A stretch of 64,000 nt of DNA. Origin: Camelus ferus. Its lineage: Eukaryota. The notes below the pieces were generated by a model. The model was given only the letters and a program-made list of their open reading frames with translations. It had not been told where the DNA came from and searched no databases. The position numbers were made by a program, and so were the translations under genes. Location: contig NC_045697.1 of NCBI RefSeq assembly GCF_009834535.1, positions 16,308,001-16,372,000 of the forward strand, written 5' to 3'. Shown one piece after another: positions 50,601-63,289 of this stretch (positions within the stretch are counted from its first letter, which is position 1; each line of letters opens with the position of its first letter).

Positions 50601-51908
50601 TAAACACCTTAATATGAGTGCTCTGCTTCCTCTGCCCTCCCTGCTACATGTCCATCTTCCACCAGAACTGAACTCAATGCTTTCCAATTTGGGCAAAAGT
50701 AATAGTAAAGTTTGGGTATATCTACCCTATTATAGCTATAATTTACTCTTTTTGGGGGCTGGGGGGGATCCATCATTTATTATTGAGTAGGGCCCAGATT
50801 CTGATGTCACATATTACCTTGTAGATTATTTCATCAAAGCCCAATTTAGGCTGCCACCTATATTTATAATACTACATTCACATATTAGTTGCATTATATA
50901 GTGAAAAACACCTAAGTATCTCTAAAGGTTGGTAATTGGGTAAGTTTCACATCTATTGCAGTGCTATGCTGAAGGTACTGGGTGATAAAAGGAGCCCGTA
51001 TAGTATAGCCCTGCTTCAGAACTAGTTTACACGAAGAATCCGAATGCAGAGACACAACAAAGCCTGAAGTTAAGTCATCGGCTGAGCCCTGGAGAGTTTC
51101 ACGGGCTTTTTTTGAAAGAGATGAGCTTCAAGAATGCTTCTTGAATATTAAGTAGGAAAACAACCCTAGTCTTTGGGAAGGAATGAAATAGCATCCAAAA
51201 CTGAGTTTGCATGACACAGAAAAAAAATTTCAGAGAGACTGCGGAAGGAAAATGGAGAAAATCAGAAAGCCTAGAAAAGAGGCAATCAAAGAATCACCCC
51301 ATTTATGCAAGGCAATGCTGAAAGGGGTACTGCAGATTCAGGAAGAACAAATGGTTGATTGGCAGAACAGAGGACAAAAGCAGTCTTGGTGGCATTCTTC
51401 TCAATAGCTGATGAAAGAGCTATAGAGAGTCAGTGCCACCCAAAGGCAGAGCATTTCCAAATGGCTCCTGGGCTGAGGCTCCCTGAGTCTCGGGAGGAAG
51501 ACTAAAGCATGGTTCAACCTGTAATCCACACGTGAAACGGCAGGGCACTTGGAGAAATTTTTGCGCCTTCATAAATTTCTGAAGGTCAGAACTAGAAGAC
51601 GCAATAGGATTTGTTTAGTCCAACTTCATAATTTAGCAGATTAGGAAACGAAGTTTCATGAGGTGAAGTGACTTGACTCAGATTACAGTGGGTGTGTATT
51701 TTAATATCCTAACTATTTAGGTTACTAGCTAAGCTTCTGTAACAAAGAATCCCTAATACATACTGACTTGATTAACAGTCCAGAGTAGAGAGGTCACAAG
51801 TTCACTCAGGGGCTCCACCACCCTCAACATATACCTTCCAAAGCTTATCTCATTTTCACCATGTCTAGCCAGTGGGAAGTGACCATATGGAAATTTACTT
51901 GAGCCCCA

Positions 51909-52450
51909 TGAGTCTAGAAAACAAAGAAAGTTAAGAAATTGTACTACCTTTTTGTGTTCTGGGAACTGGCCAAGGCAAAGAATTACCCCTTCCAATATGA
52001 CTTAGGTAAGAGACATAGATGCCCCCTGTTTACCTATGACTAGACACTCTAAATTGCTACTTTTGCCTCATAATTAGCTGAATTGCTTGTTGCCAATGAT
52101 CAATTGGAACAAAATATTTGCTAATCAAACTTTGGTTTAGTTTCTCTCCTTCCCCCAGGCCTCTGAATTTTGACCCACTCCTAGCCTGACTCAGCATACA
52201 GCCTCCTCCTGAGAATAGTCTGATCTAATATTGAATCACACAAACTTTGCCTCCTACACTCGGTTACTTTTAGATTTGTTCCCTCCTCTCTATAAAAGAA
52301 AAAACTCTTTTTTTTTTGCCCAACCTCTGACACACTTGCTGCTCTTAAGTTCAGAGCATTCTTCCCTATTGCAGTTGTCCCTTCCTACCATCCAACCCTT
52401 CCTTCCAAAGAGTCTCTCCTGCTTAGGTCCAGATTCAATTTTATCTGGCA
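51909..52450 (+). mobile_element. ERV1 solo LTR (MER31/MER67-like)
   Basis: tgtgttctgggaactggcc...atatgacttaggtaagag...gatgccccctgtttacctatgac...tttgcctcataattagctgaa...ctataaaag...gcattcttccctattgca...tttatctggca. Confidence 0.7.
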
Positions 52451-52479
52451 GAACACAAGTGAGATGGTCCAGAAATATT

Positions 52480-52770
52480 AACGTTACCTTTTAATCACAC
52501 CCCAATTACAACTTCAGTTTGAATCCTGTGTCTGTCATGTATTAGCTCCGTGATGTATGACAAACTACCTTCTTAATATATTATCTTAATATTATCTTAT
52601 ATAATATCTTAATAATCTTAATATTATAATATAATTTCTCATTTAAAATAATTATAAAAACAGAATCTGACTCATAAAGCTGGGAAAATACTAAAATGAA
52701 GAAATTCAGGTAGAGTGCTTGGCTTTATTATTCTCATACAATAATCACCCATAAATGATAGTTTACCACA
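52480..52770 (+). mobile_element. MIR SINE with an internal AT-rich tandem expansion (52571-52635)
   Basis: gtttgaatcctgtgtctgtcatgtattagctc...acaaactacc then repeated tcttaatatta units, then tttctcatttaaaata. Confidence 0.65.
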
Positions 52771-52829
52771 TACTAGAATAACACCTGGCATTTTGACATC
52801 TATTACCCTTAAAAATTCCCCCAATATTG

Positions 52830-52985
52830 CAAAGCTTTTATTATTATTATTACCATTTTACATAAAAGGAATCTGAAGCTCATTCATCTTAAGGAATTTG
52901 CCCTCAGTCAGAGTAGTAGGCTAATTGGGATTCAAACTTTAGTTTCTCAGACTATGATTTCCATCTTTTTCATCTCCTTCATGTT
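52830..52985 (-). mobile_element. MIR SINE
   Basis: ccattttacataaaggaatctgaagctca...ttaaggaatttgccc...tgggattcaaac. Confidence 0.75.
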
Positions 52986-53632
52986 GCATCATGCAAGTTC
53001 CTAACTTATATATAAGATATATAAGTATAGTACATAATTAACACCCCCTGACATTAAGGGAGAAAAACACCCTTTGTATTATTGAATCACTTTACTGTAA
53101 TGAAAAATAAAGATATACTTCAACAATGCATGAAAAAGTAAGAAAAATCTTTCTTATGTTTCTCAATATAAGTTATTGAGCAACAAAAGTACACAGACAA
53201 TTCTATTGAAGTTTTTGAGTCTGTTATGCCTGGGTTGAACGACCTGCGTCCACGACATACAGTAGTCAACAAAGATGTGCTGAGTGTGCTGCATGAAAAG
53301 AAGAAAATATGGCAGTACTGGTGGGGAAATGATAGTTGAATGTGACCACTTGATAGAGGAGTTGGAGATCATGTTAATTCTTTTGTGTGCAAATGCATAC
53401 TTCTGTTTTGTTATTGGATTAATGATGACTACAGATATTCTCTAAAATTCTTATTCAGTTCTTATCCACTTCAATTTCATCTAAAAGAAACAGCATATTA
53501 AAATGGTTTAGTGGGGCAGTTGGGAATGCTTTTTTGATGAGTTTAAATAGAAAACTTGGAAATCAGTACTTCTAAAGACTTAAAAATCAAGCTTTGGCTA
53601 ACATAGATACAGGACCATTTCAAACTCTAAAC

Positions 53633-53700
53633 ATCCTTTTTTATTCTATCTTTAGGATTATGGTATTATCCTTTTTTATTCTGTCTTTAGGATTATGGTA
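53633..53700. repeat. Tandem duplication, 33-bp unit, period 35, 1 mismatch
   Basis: atccttttttattctRtctttaggattatggta twice. Confidence 0.9.
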
Positions 53701-54599
53701 AATTGTGGCAATGCAACAGTAAATCTAAATTGAAAAGAGAAAGCATCATGATTTAAATAGTGAAAAACTTTTCTAATCAACTATGCATGCTTGATCTGTG
53801 CTAGACTGTAAGATTCATGAGGACAGGAAAAATTCCTTGTTCATGTTTCTCTCCATCTAACCATCCATCCATCCACGCAACAAGCGTTTACCAAAACCTT
53901 ATTGTGTCTGTGCTACTGACATGAATGGAACACAGGAATGCAGACACAGTTCCTCCCTTCAAAAGGTTACAATCTATCTAAGGACACTCATATAATACAA
54001 CTATAAGAAGTGTTATAAGGAGGCACAGAAAAATGAGGATAAATGTTCAAGAAAAATGATGATTAGTTATGACTAAAAATGAGATAAGGTAGATGCTTAC
54101 TACAATGAGTTCCATGGTGCTGATAACAACAAATATGTACTGTATATAACTGAGTGAATGAACGATCACTAAAAGCCGCACTCATACGTGGTGCTGATTT
54201 CAGGTTTGACTGAATCATTCATATTCAGTACTTTTTTTTTAAGCCAGGTCACATGATTTCCATGTCCAAGAAGAGAGCCAATGCAATTCAACAGAATTTG
54301 CTTTCATAAGGTCCTTGTTCATAATGCTTGATTGGTTCTTCTGGAAGTTGACTGATGGTAAGACCCTCTCTGCAGGATGAAATAGCCAAGAACCCTGTGC
54401 ACGTAACTGAGGTTATTAAGAATCTACATGATTGGAAAGCAAATAATTTTGCATCAAGTTCTGAAAACATTATTTCCCCTTTGAGTCTTTTCATAGATTG
54501 ACCTTCCCACTCAATAAACCTATACACATATACACACACATGCCATACACACAATTTGAAGTCACATTCTAGAGGAACTTTGTCCTTTTATTGCAATAC

Positions 54600-55360
54600 T
54601 AGAGAATGTATTCCTCTTAGGTGCTACCCTGCTTTCTCTCTTATAGTTTTGGTGACACTTCTCTGTGTTTCTGTTTAACTTTTTTGATTATAACTTTTAT
54701 GAGAGCAGGGAGTGAGTCATGTTCACCATATATCCCCATTGCCTAGTGTAGGTTCTGGCACAGGATAACAAGACCATAATTATTCATCAAAGGGGTAATA
54801 AAATATTGGATAAATTATTTAATATATTGATAGACTAATACTTCCAAAGCAGAACTCTGATCACAGTATGACTCTACTATAAAACCCTGTACTGAATGCT
54901 AAATAAAGTTTAAACTCTAGATTGTCAGTGAAAGTCACCGTATACTCTCGTCCTTATCAACATTATTGCTCATTTATATGTCAAAAATTCCAGCAACCCT
55001 GGCATTCTGATTATACCCTCTGCTTGAAGGCATTGCACATCAGTATTTCCCCAGGTCCTCATATCTGCCTGTTGAAACTTTACTGCGCCTTCCAAACCCA
55101 ACTGAACTGCTTCTTTCTGTAAGGATACTTCCCTGATCCTTTTCTCCTCTAATTTTTTCCTAAGCTCTAAGAATTGTTTTCTTTCTTCTAACTAGCCATA
55201 GCTTTCAACACACTTGTGTTACAGAGTTTACCGCAAACCACTGTGAATTATATTTGGATTTTTGATGCATGTTTCATCTCCTTTTCACACTGTGAGTTCC
55301 TGGAGGGCAGGCTGGAGGGCAGGCTGGAGGGCAGGGGTTGTATCTTATTCATCCTTATAA
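54600..55360 (+). mobile_element. L2 3' fragments
   Basis: aacttttatgagagcagggagtgagtcatgttcaccatatccccattgcctagtgtaggttctggcacag; ctgtgagttcctggagggcagg. Confidence 0.65.
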
Positions 55361-55625
55361 ACACCACAGTGAAAGATGAATATAATTTTATCAGTATGCA
55401 AAGGAAGAAAGAACTTTCCAAGTAGATGAAATTTATGGTACTTTTTTATTCGTTGTCCAAGGGACCGTAGATTAATGTATAATGAAATATTTTAATCCAT
55501 CTTTAGATTTTTGTATGTCTCCACATGTAGTTCTTTCTTTAAGTCTGCTCTAAAAATACAGCTAATAAAACCAAGTCATAGGGTTCTTAAGAGAATCTAA
55601 TGAGATGATACATTTAAAGTATGTG

Positions 55626-55772
55626 AACTATTTTCAATATCTTATAATAATTTTTGATGCAAAACAATATGAAAATGAATATATTTATGTATATGCATAA
55701 CTGGGATATTGTGCTGTACACCAGAGATAGACAATTGTAATTGACTGTACTTCAACAAAAAAGATAAAAATA
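55626..55772 (+). mobile_element. Short lineage-specific L1 3' end inserted into a MIR
   Basis: aactattttcaatatcttataata...tgtgctgtacaccagagatagac...tgactgtacttcaacaaaaaa; flanks taaagtatgtg / taaggcatgtg as probable TSD; MIR halves on both sides. Confidence 0.8.
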
Positions 55773-57764
55773 GTAAGGCATGTGTCTGATCTATAGTAAG
55801 AAGTAATTAAATAGTATTTCTACTTATTAATATTTTATTCCTATTATTTCCATCTATCATCATTAATTATATTATGATGTATTTCGGTTGACATTTCAAA
55901 GAAAACTTGAGCATGCTCACTTTGGATTTTCAATCCCTTCATTTTGTTTTAATTTTTTTCAAAGACTCTTGTGTTGTATGAAGTTATTACCACCAAATCC
56001 AGGGCCTCATGTCTAACTAGCAGAACTATATGATTCTCGACTCCATAATACTTGGGAGATGCATGCTTCACTGAAGGGCCATTGATTTTCAACTAAAGTG
56101 AAATGCTTTCATTTAATGCTTTCTTAAGAGAATTACAGCGATGGCTGAAGAGAGTTTGGCTTTAGAGAAATCCATTATTAATTTTACATGGCAAAATTGG
56201 GATTTATATATTGAAATTTAAATTCAGAGGTCCCTTACAGCTGCTAAATCAAAATATTGTTCTAAACTTGTTTGTCTTTTCTTTTCTATGAAATGGAAAG
56301 GCTATTTTGTCCTAGACTTCTAAATCTCTTGCCTTACTCAAACAAGTCTTAGTATTTGCTTTATGGGACGTACTACCTCTTTGTTCAGCATACCAGGTAT
56401 AACCTCAGATTTCTCATCTATATGATTTTTTTTGGAAGAGTCTTAAAGAGCTTTGGTGATCTTAAAAATATCTTTCCCTAGCCCTCCCTTCATAGTGAAA
56501 GAACACTTAGACCAAACCAGACATATAAATGCATTCACAGTCCACCCTGAATGGTAAAGATGAATTTAGTTTGTCATAATTAAATTCTAGCCTTAACTCT
56601 GATAGCCTTCATCTTGCAGGCTTTGTAACAAGAACTGGTGCATTCTTAGTGTTCTTAACATGCTTCAGTCCAGCATAACCTCTTTAAATCAAGAAGAGAT
56701 GTTATTAAGAGCATTCTCTCTCCCACCACTCAAACCTTAGTAACTTGAAAAAAAAAAAACTTAACCTTGTATGTGTTCATTGACTTATACAATAAGGAGT
56801 GTAATACCATAATGCTGGATTTTTCCATTGTTAAGCTCTTTCTAAGTAATAGGAGTTAAAAAAAATTCAGTAGAATGTGATATATTTTGTCCATGTGTGC
56901 ATAGCTTAAAGGCAGCAGAAGGAATACAGTTCAGACTATTTCTCCCCTCCAGCCCTCCAAAAAAATTTCCCTTGGGCTAAATCAAGCATAGAAAAATTTT
57001 GCCTAAATGCATTTTTTAAAGGAAAAGTCATAATCAATTGAAAATAAAAGGCAACTGATAATGAAAATGGTTTTCTCAAGCATAGCGATAACATTTGCTG
57101 CTGTGCATTCTATAAAAAGCCTTTAGATTCCTATAACAGGGAAAGTGGTATTGCTTTGCTTCCTGCTGCTGATTATAATTTTAAAGATGGAAAATCTAGA
57201 TGTTCTATTTTGTCCTATGAAGCAATCCTTGACTCTGTGGTCAGCCTGGTTTTATATTTCTCTATCAGGGACCAAAAGTTTTCTGAGGCAGGAATAAGAA
57301 AATTTGTATTGTTCATTTCTTCAAATATTAGTAGACAACTTCTAGTCTTGGTTCTGGGATAGAGTAATTACAAAATTCTGGCGAAATGGAAGTTGAATAG
57401 ATAAGTAAACAGTTGAAATACCATGTGGTTAGAGTTATAATTGATATTTCACCCACCATTATGGACACATGAAGAAAAGAGATCCACATTCATCTTGAAA
57501 AGGGATTTCAATCTTGTAGAATCCTCTAAAAGGCAGAACTCTTGGCAATGACTGGTCACTGCCTTCCTGCCTGGAATGCAGGATGATGAGCCTGGATGAT
57601 GCTTTTAAGGGTCAAAAAGAAGAGTCATCTACAGAGTCAGAAGTCTGCTTGCTTTATGCACTCCAATAAATTTGGATTTGAAGGCAATTTTAAGTGGCAC
57701 CTCCAAAGTATTGTGAACAAAAGTTGCATCACTGAGCATTAGGCTTTAATGATTAAAGATTGGT

Positions 57765-58250
57765 AGCACTACATAGCGGTTGAGGGCATATTTTTGGAAT
57801 CAGAAATTCTGGTTCCAATCCTGTCCAACCCAAGATAGCAATTACTTGGGCCTGTTACATAACCTTTAAATAAGATGCAAGTGTCTCATCTATGAAATGG
57901 AGGTGATATTACCTACCTTAAACAACTGTAAAAACTGAAAAAAAATATGGGAAACTTTACCGAGAATCTGACATATAGTAAGTAGTTAAAATATAATTAA
58001 TGTTATTCTGACATCAATATATACTCATGGTACCTTTAGAGTTTACAAAGTGCACTCAAAGATTATTTTCATTTACTTAATTTTCACCACAACCTATTTG
58101 TTTAAGTATTAATTATTCTTACATCATAGATGAGAAAACCAGAGTTCACAGATCAGTGACAAACAGCAGACTACAATTTAGAAAGTGGAAAAGAGGGAAC
58201 TGAGTTCTGATTTTTCATGGCTATATCAGGCCATGTTCTTCTCAGTATAT
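57765..58250. mobile_element. Two tail-to-tail MIRs (+ at ~57765-58005, - at ~58020-58250)
   Basis: tttggaatcaga...ctcatctatgaaatggaggtgata...tgacatatagtaagt; then tagagtttacaaagtgc...atagatgagaaaaccagagttcacaga. Confidence 0.7.
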
Positions 58251-61200
58251 CAAAGCTGAGCCTGTGTGGATGATGACTAAAAGGAGAAAAAGCCTGTGTG
58301 GATGACGATTAAAAAAGAGACAAAAACAGCTTCATGTTAGAGATGATCCTTGTCTTTCCTAGCCTTTATTCTTTTCATTGACAAAGTTAAAGCCTGACTC
58401 ACAGTAAAAGGTAGTCATGGACCTCTTTAAAGTAAGTCTTCAGTATTAATGCAAGAGCTTTTAGTAAATTACTGTTATTTAAAATTCTTTCTATGTACCT
58501 CCAGGACATGTAATAGCTTGCCTCACTTATGTTTTTTCTTATTCATTCATTCTCAATGGACAAAATTTCTAATTCATTCAGTCTCTCCTGACACATTGTA
58601 CTTGGCAGGTAATTTGTAATAAGTTTTAATTTTGAAAATGAACATTTGTCATTTGGGACCGTCATTTAGATAGTTTTAAAAACACTGAACCTGCTGTGCA
58701 AACATCTGGAAAACTTGACGATAGGGGATTGTTTGTTGCAGTCAACAAGTCTACCAAGTAAATGACAGAATCAGACTTGGAAAGGTCTGTTGTCAGGGAT
58801 CACCAATAATGGTGATTTGTCTAAGAAGAGATGTCAGTTGAAGTAAAGAAGAAAGGAGTCATGGCAAGTGCATTAGCCATTGTAGGCTGGTTGCTAATTG
58901 ATGCTTTAAAACTGTGATCCAGTGTACTTTTAACTATGAAATCTGTACACACCAACTCATACCCATGTGAAGACAGGCATCTGTGGCAATAGATGAGAAA
59001 GATTAATGCAAAATGCCATACTTCGAAGGTAGCTCCTTTAGGAATTGTCAAATGCCAGTCAGGCACTTGTATAAATCAGCTTTCATGTGAAGGCTGGAAG
59101 ATCAGGAACAAAGTTCTAAGAATTTAGTCCACAGGTTGTCTAGTAATATATGCAGATAATCAGAGAAGTAACATGAAGAAGAATTATGATTGTCATTTTA
59201 AAATATGATAATCTATTCTTCTTTAAATAATAATTAACTTCATAGGACCTAAAGCCTTCTTGTTCACCTTCTTCTCTGATAAGCTTCATTTTTAAGAAGG
59301 CTGAAAACTTCCCGGAGATTCTCAAGGGAGACTCTAGACTTGAAATACGTAAGTATCAGAGACTAGTTTTTATAGTCATAGAAAGAGGTCAAGGATGCCT
59401 CTTGCATTCTGGGGCTTACCTTGAACAGGGAGATTAGGTGGGATCCAGAATCTTATAGGAGCAGGTCTAATATATCCCCATAGGATAAACTAGACATATC
59501 TAAACTATAACTGCTGTTAAGTAGTGGAGAGAGACAAACATATGAACAGAAAATTTAAAAATTATAATATATAAGTGCTTTTGCAGGGGCACAATTAAGT
59601 GCTGAGAGAGCACTGTGGACAGAGCATCTGCCGAGCAGAATGACAGTCTTCACTGAGAAGCTGATGTTCTTGCTTGATCTGGAAGGAAGCAGGGGAATTC
59701 TCTTGGTGAAGGGGTTTTCTGGGACAGTGGGTAGCACACACAGAAGCAGTAGGTGACATCTGAGGAATGGGGAGGTTTTCTCTGGACGTGAATCCAGGGG
59801 AATTACTGTGTCTCCAATAGTGCCTTAGTGGTCAATAAAACCGAGTCAAAATTTTAGGGAGTCAGTGACTTAAGGGAATTTTTCACTAGTTCTTCTCAGT
59901 GTAACATGAGATGTGGAGAGAAAAAGAACCTTGACTTTTCAGTTGTCCAACATAAACTGTGAATGAAAAGTAGATTTTAGTTTACATGGTAATTCCACTA
60001 GATTGGCCATGTCTTCCCGGAACACTTTACTGGGATTCTGATCATTTCTGACATCAGCAGAAGGAAACACTGTGATCAACTAGTAATGACTTCCCTGTCA
60101 TGGTAATGACACTCAGGCCAGGTTTTCTCACACATGGTTTAAATATTCCAGGGCATCTCCGAATAGTTTTAAGAAAAGCATCAAAGACACAGACAATTTA
60201 GTAATAAACATGTTATAGTGAACCTTTCTTTTTCAACGATCCAAGGTTTCTCCAAACTTGAGCCATGAAACTGAAACAGAAAACCATACTTCGTACTCCA
60301 GGAGGGGACTTGATGCCAAAAGATTATGTAAGCATCACTAATGTGCTTACATGGGAAGATATTGCTGCCAATTGTATTTCTATCCTGACTATATTACTCA
60401 TTCTTAAGATGATGTCACTGCGTGTACGTGTGTATGTGTATGTGTATCTTATGACATGAGATCTGGAGAGAAAAAGGAAAGATCCAGATTGATTTCAGTA
60501 GGAGCTTTGGCATTCACATGCCACTTACCTGAATCATTTTTAAATCAGACTGTCCTTCCATCTTATGATTCAGTCAAACAGCTAAATAGCGAAGTGCATT
60601 TTGTCAATGCCATGGATATTCTCAAAGCCTTATAAAAATGCTCCAGGCTCATGGAGGCTGAATTAAAAGATAATCACTTGCGGTGGCTTTAAACCACACA
60701 GGATGACTCATCATATCGGTTACATCCACTTGTGCTGAAATTTGTCTTGAGTAACTATTGTGTTAAGTGCTTTCCATAAGTAGCATTCATGCAAATCTTT
60801 TTTTTTTTTTTTTTCCTGATCATTAAGGCACTTTAACACAAAGGGGTAGAACTCTGTCTCATAACCACATCCTGGGTTTGTTTCTCTATAGGAAGATTGC
60901 TTTGTGCCTGAAAGCTATACAGGATATTTCAAGACTTGAGCAAATGATTAAAATTACCCACATTTTTTTCCCCTGGCAACCCAAGCCTTATGCTTTTACC
61001 TGTCATTCAATGCTTCCAAATGCTAAAGAAAAGAGCTGAGACTAAGTAGAAATCTTGTCACATGACCTCAACTTCCTCCCTAATCTCCTTTTCAAGGGCT
61101 CCTGCAATTGTCATTTACATTAAACTTCTGTACTTAGGCTGCAGGTAGAGAAATGCTCTTTTGGAGAGAGTTTAATTTCTGTTACAGGTCAGAAAACAAA

Positions 61201-61954
61201 GATTTTGCCAAACATCGGACTATTTTCTCAAGTATTTTCTTGCCAGTATTCTCTAAATATAGGAAGAAAGCCAGAAAGCAATGCAATCTTTGAAATGTTA
61301 GTATAATATAGAAATTCCTTTAAGAAAATGAGCAACTTGGCTCTCAGGCTGTTTTGGAATCCAGAGTTTAAGAATTTAATGGCATTGACACCTGTGAAGT
61401 CTGGAGGGAATTAGAAGAAAGAGGTAGCTACACAATGCAATCTACAAACGTTTATTTAGCACCGATAGTCCAGGCATCGTCCAGTGAGAATAATTTATGC
61501 ACCAGTGATTGTAACAGAAATACAGTTTCATTATAGTTGGAAAGATTGAAGGGCAGTTCAGAGAAGGATGAAACAGAAGGAATAGAATGTTCTTCTCATG
61601 TCTCATCGTTTTCAAGTCTATTTTGACAACATAAATATAGACACAGCACAGTGTAGAGAAATAAATAGGAACTTTGGAACAAGTGTGTCTTCAGATAATT
61701 TCCTGTCTGTGTGATCTTGGGCTGGGAAATGGCTAGACAATAATCAGAGGGTATTTTCTATGTCTCCTAGAAATAGAGTTTATTGCTAAATAAAGAGTTA
61801 GACTGTAAAAGATACCAGAATTTAATTGAAAATGTGGGCCACATTTTACTTTAAAAATAGATCTTGTTAAATTATAAAATCTACTGTCATTTTCTTTGAA
61901 TTTTTTTGGTAAGGATTGTGAATCTCTTTAATTTCTCTAATCTTGCTTGATCAC

Positions 61955-62250
61955 AAAACTATTGCATACTTTTCTTGAGATGTTCAGAAAATAGAGAAAA
62001 GCTCAAAGACAGAAATTAAAGTAATCCATAATCCTACCAACCCACTACCCAGACTTAGTCACTGTTAATGTTTTTGAAGCACTTTCTTCCAGATTTTTTT
62101 CATAACCTAAGTTATTTTCATAAAATCCACCATATCTTTGTGCTGTGCTGTACAACCTGATTTTTATCGGTGGAAGTATTCATGCATATAATTTATTTCA
62201 CCAATCCCATATAGTTGACTATTACTATTTTTTTTAACTTTCACCAATAT
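61955..62250 (-). mobile_element. Old L1ME 3' fragment
   Basis: aatccataatcctacc...cactgttaatgttt...tttcttccagatttttt...ataatttatttcaccaatccc. Confidence 0.5.
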
Positions 62251-62749
62251 TATAATTCTTCATGAAAGGAAGATTGAAGTAAGCATGGGCAATCAAGATG
62301 AGGAACCAGATCGATAGTCTCTATAGAAAGGATTACAAACGAACTTCATAAAATCTTCAACTAATAGCAATATATTTGAGATCAAGGTCCTTGCCCTATA
62401 TTTTTGTACCTCTGCAATGAATACTACAGGCCAGGTGGCCATGGAGAAGCTGACCTACATTACTTAGAAACATCAGAAGGAAAATTACAGAATATGAAAT
62501 GAACTGCTTAGCAGGCACAAAGCTAAACATCGTTAGGGATTAATGTGCCCCCTTGCTGAAAAAATGCCAAGGATTTTACTTTGAAATTAGAATAAAATCT
62601 GTGTCTTAATAGGGGCAATAATAATATTATTATTAATAATGATGATGTAGGAACAGCTATTGAGGGCTTTTTATGTGTAAGACATTGTACTTTGTATGCA
62701 TCAACCTACCTATTAGAACCTATAATTTTTCTCCTGGGGTGCTAGGAAT

Positions 62750-63030
62750 TCTCTGTGTCCAGATCGTCTGTCTTTCAGGGTTAACATCACATGTTGCCAC
62801 TCTTTACTGTAGACACTTTTTATTATGAGATCCTGGCTTATCTTCTTCAAGGTACTTATCATAAATGCTGCCATTTCCTCCCTAATTTGTTTGCTTATTG
62901 CCTACTTGCTTTACCAAAATGAAACCTCCATAAAGGCATGGACTTTACCAATTTTGCTTATTACCGTGTCCTCAGCACCTAGAACAATATCTGGTAACTA
63001 GCTGGTGATCTTGTTGAAAGAAAGAATGCA
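62750..63030 (+). mobile_element. L2 3' fragment
   Basis: aaaatgaaacctccataaaggcatggacttt...gtgtcctcagcacctagaacaatatctgg...ttgttgaaagaaagaatg. Confidence 0.75.
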
Positions 63031-63289
63031 TGGAGTAAAGGGCTTGCTGTCTGTCCTCAAAAACGTGACAGCCCAGTTAATTCTAGAACTACAAGAGTTG
63101 TATTCAGTAAATAGGTGTTTTTGAGAGTCTCTAAGAACTGTAGTTCTATGGAAGCAAAGGTGAGACGGAGTTCACACCCACCTGTGGGTGCTTAGAAAAG
63201 AACCCAGGCAGAGGCCATGATTCAGCAGGGCCTTGGACATATAAATTGCTTGAAAAAGTCTCTGACTTTGTCCCAGTTATTTAATCCCA

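Noticed and set aside
52571..52635. Short repeat arrays as CRISPR-like structures
   Set aside because: Plain slippage repeats without unique spacers, in eukaryotic DNA.
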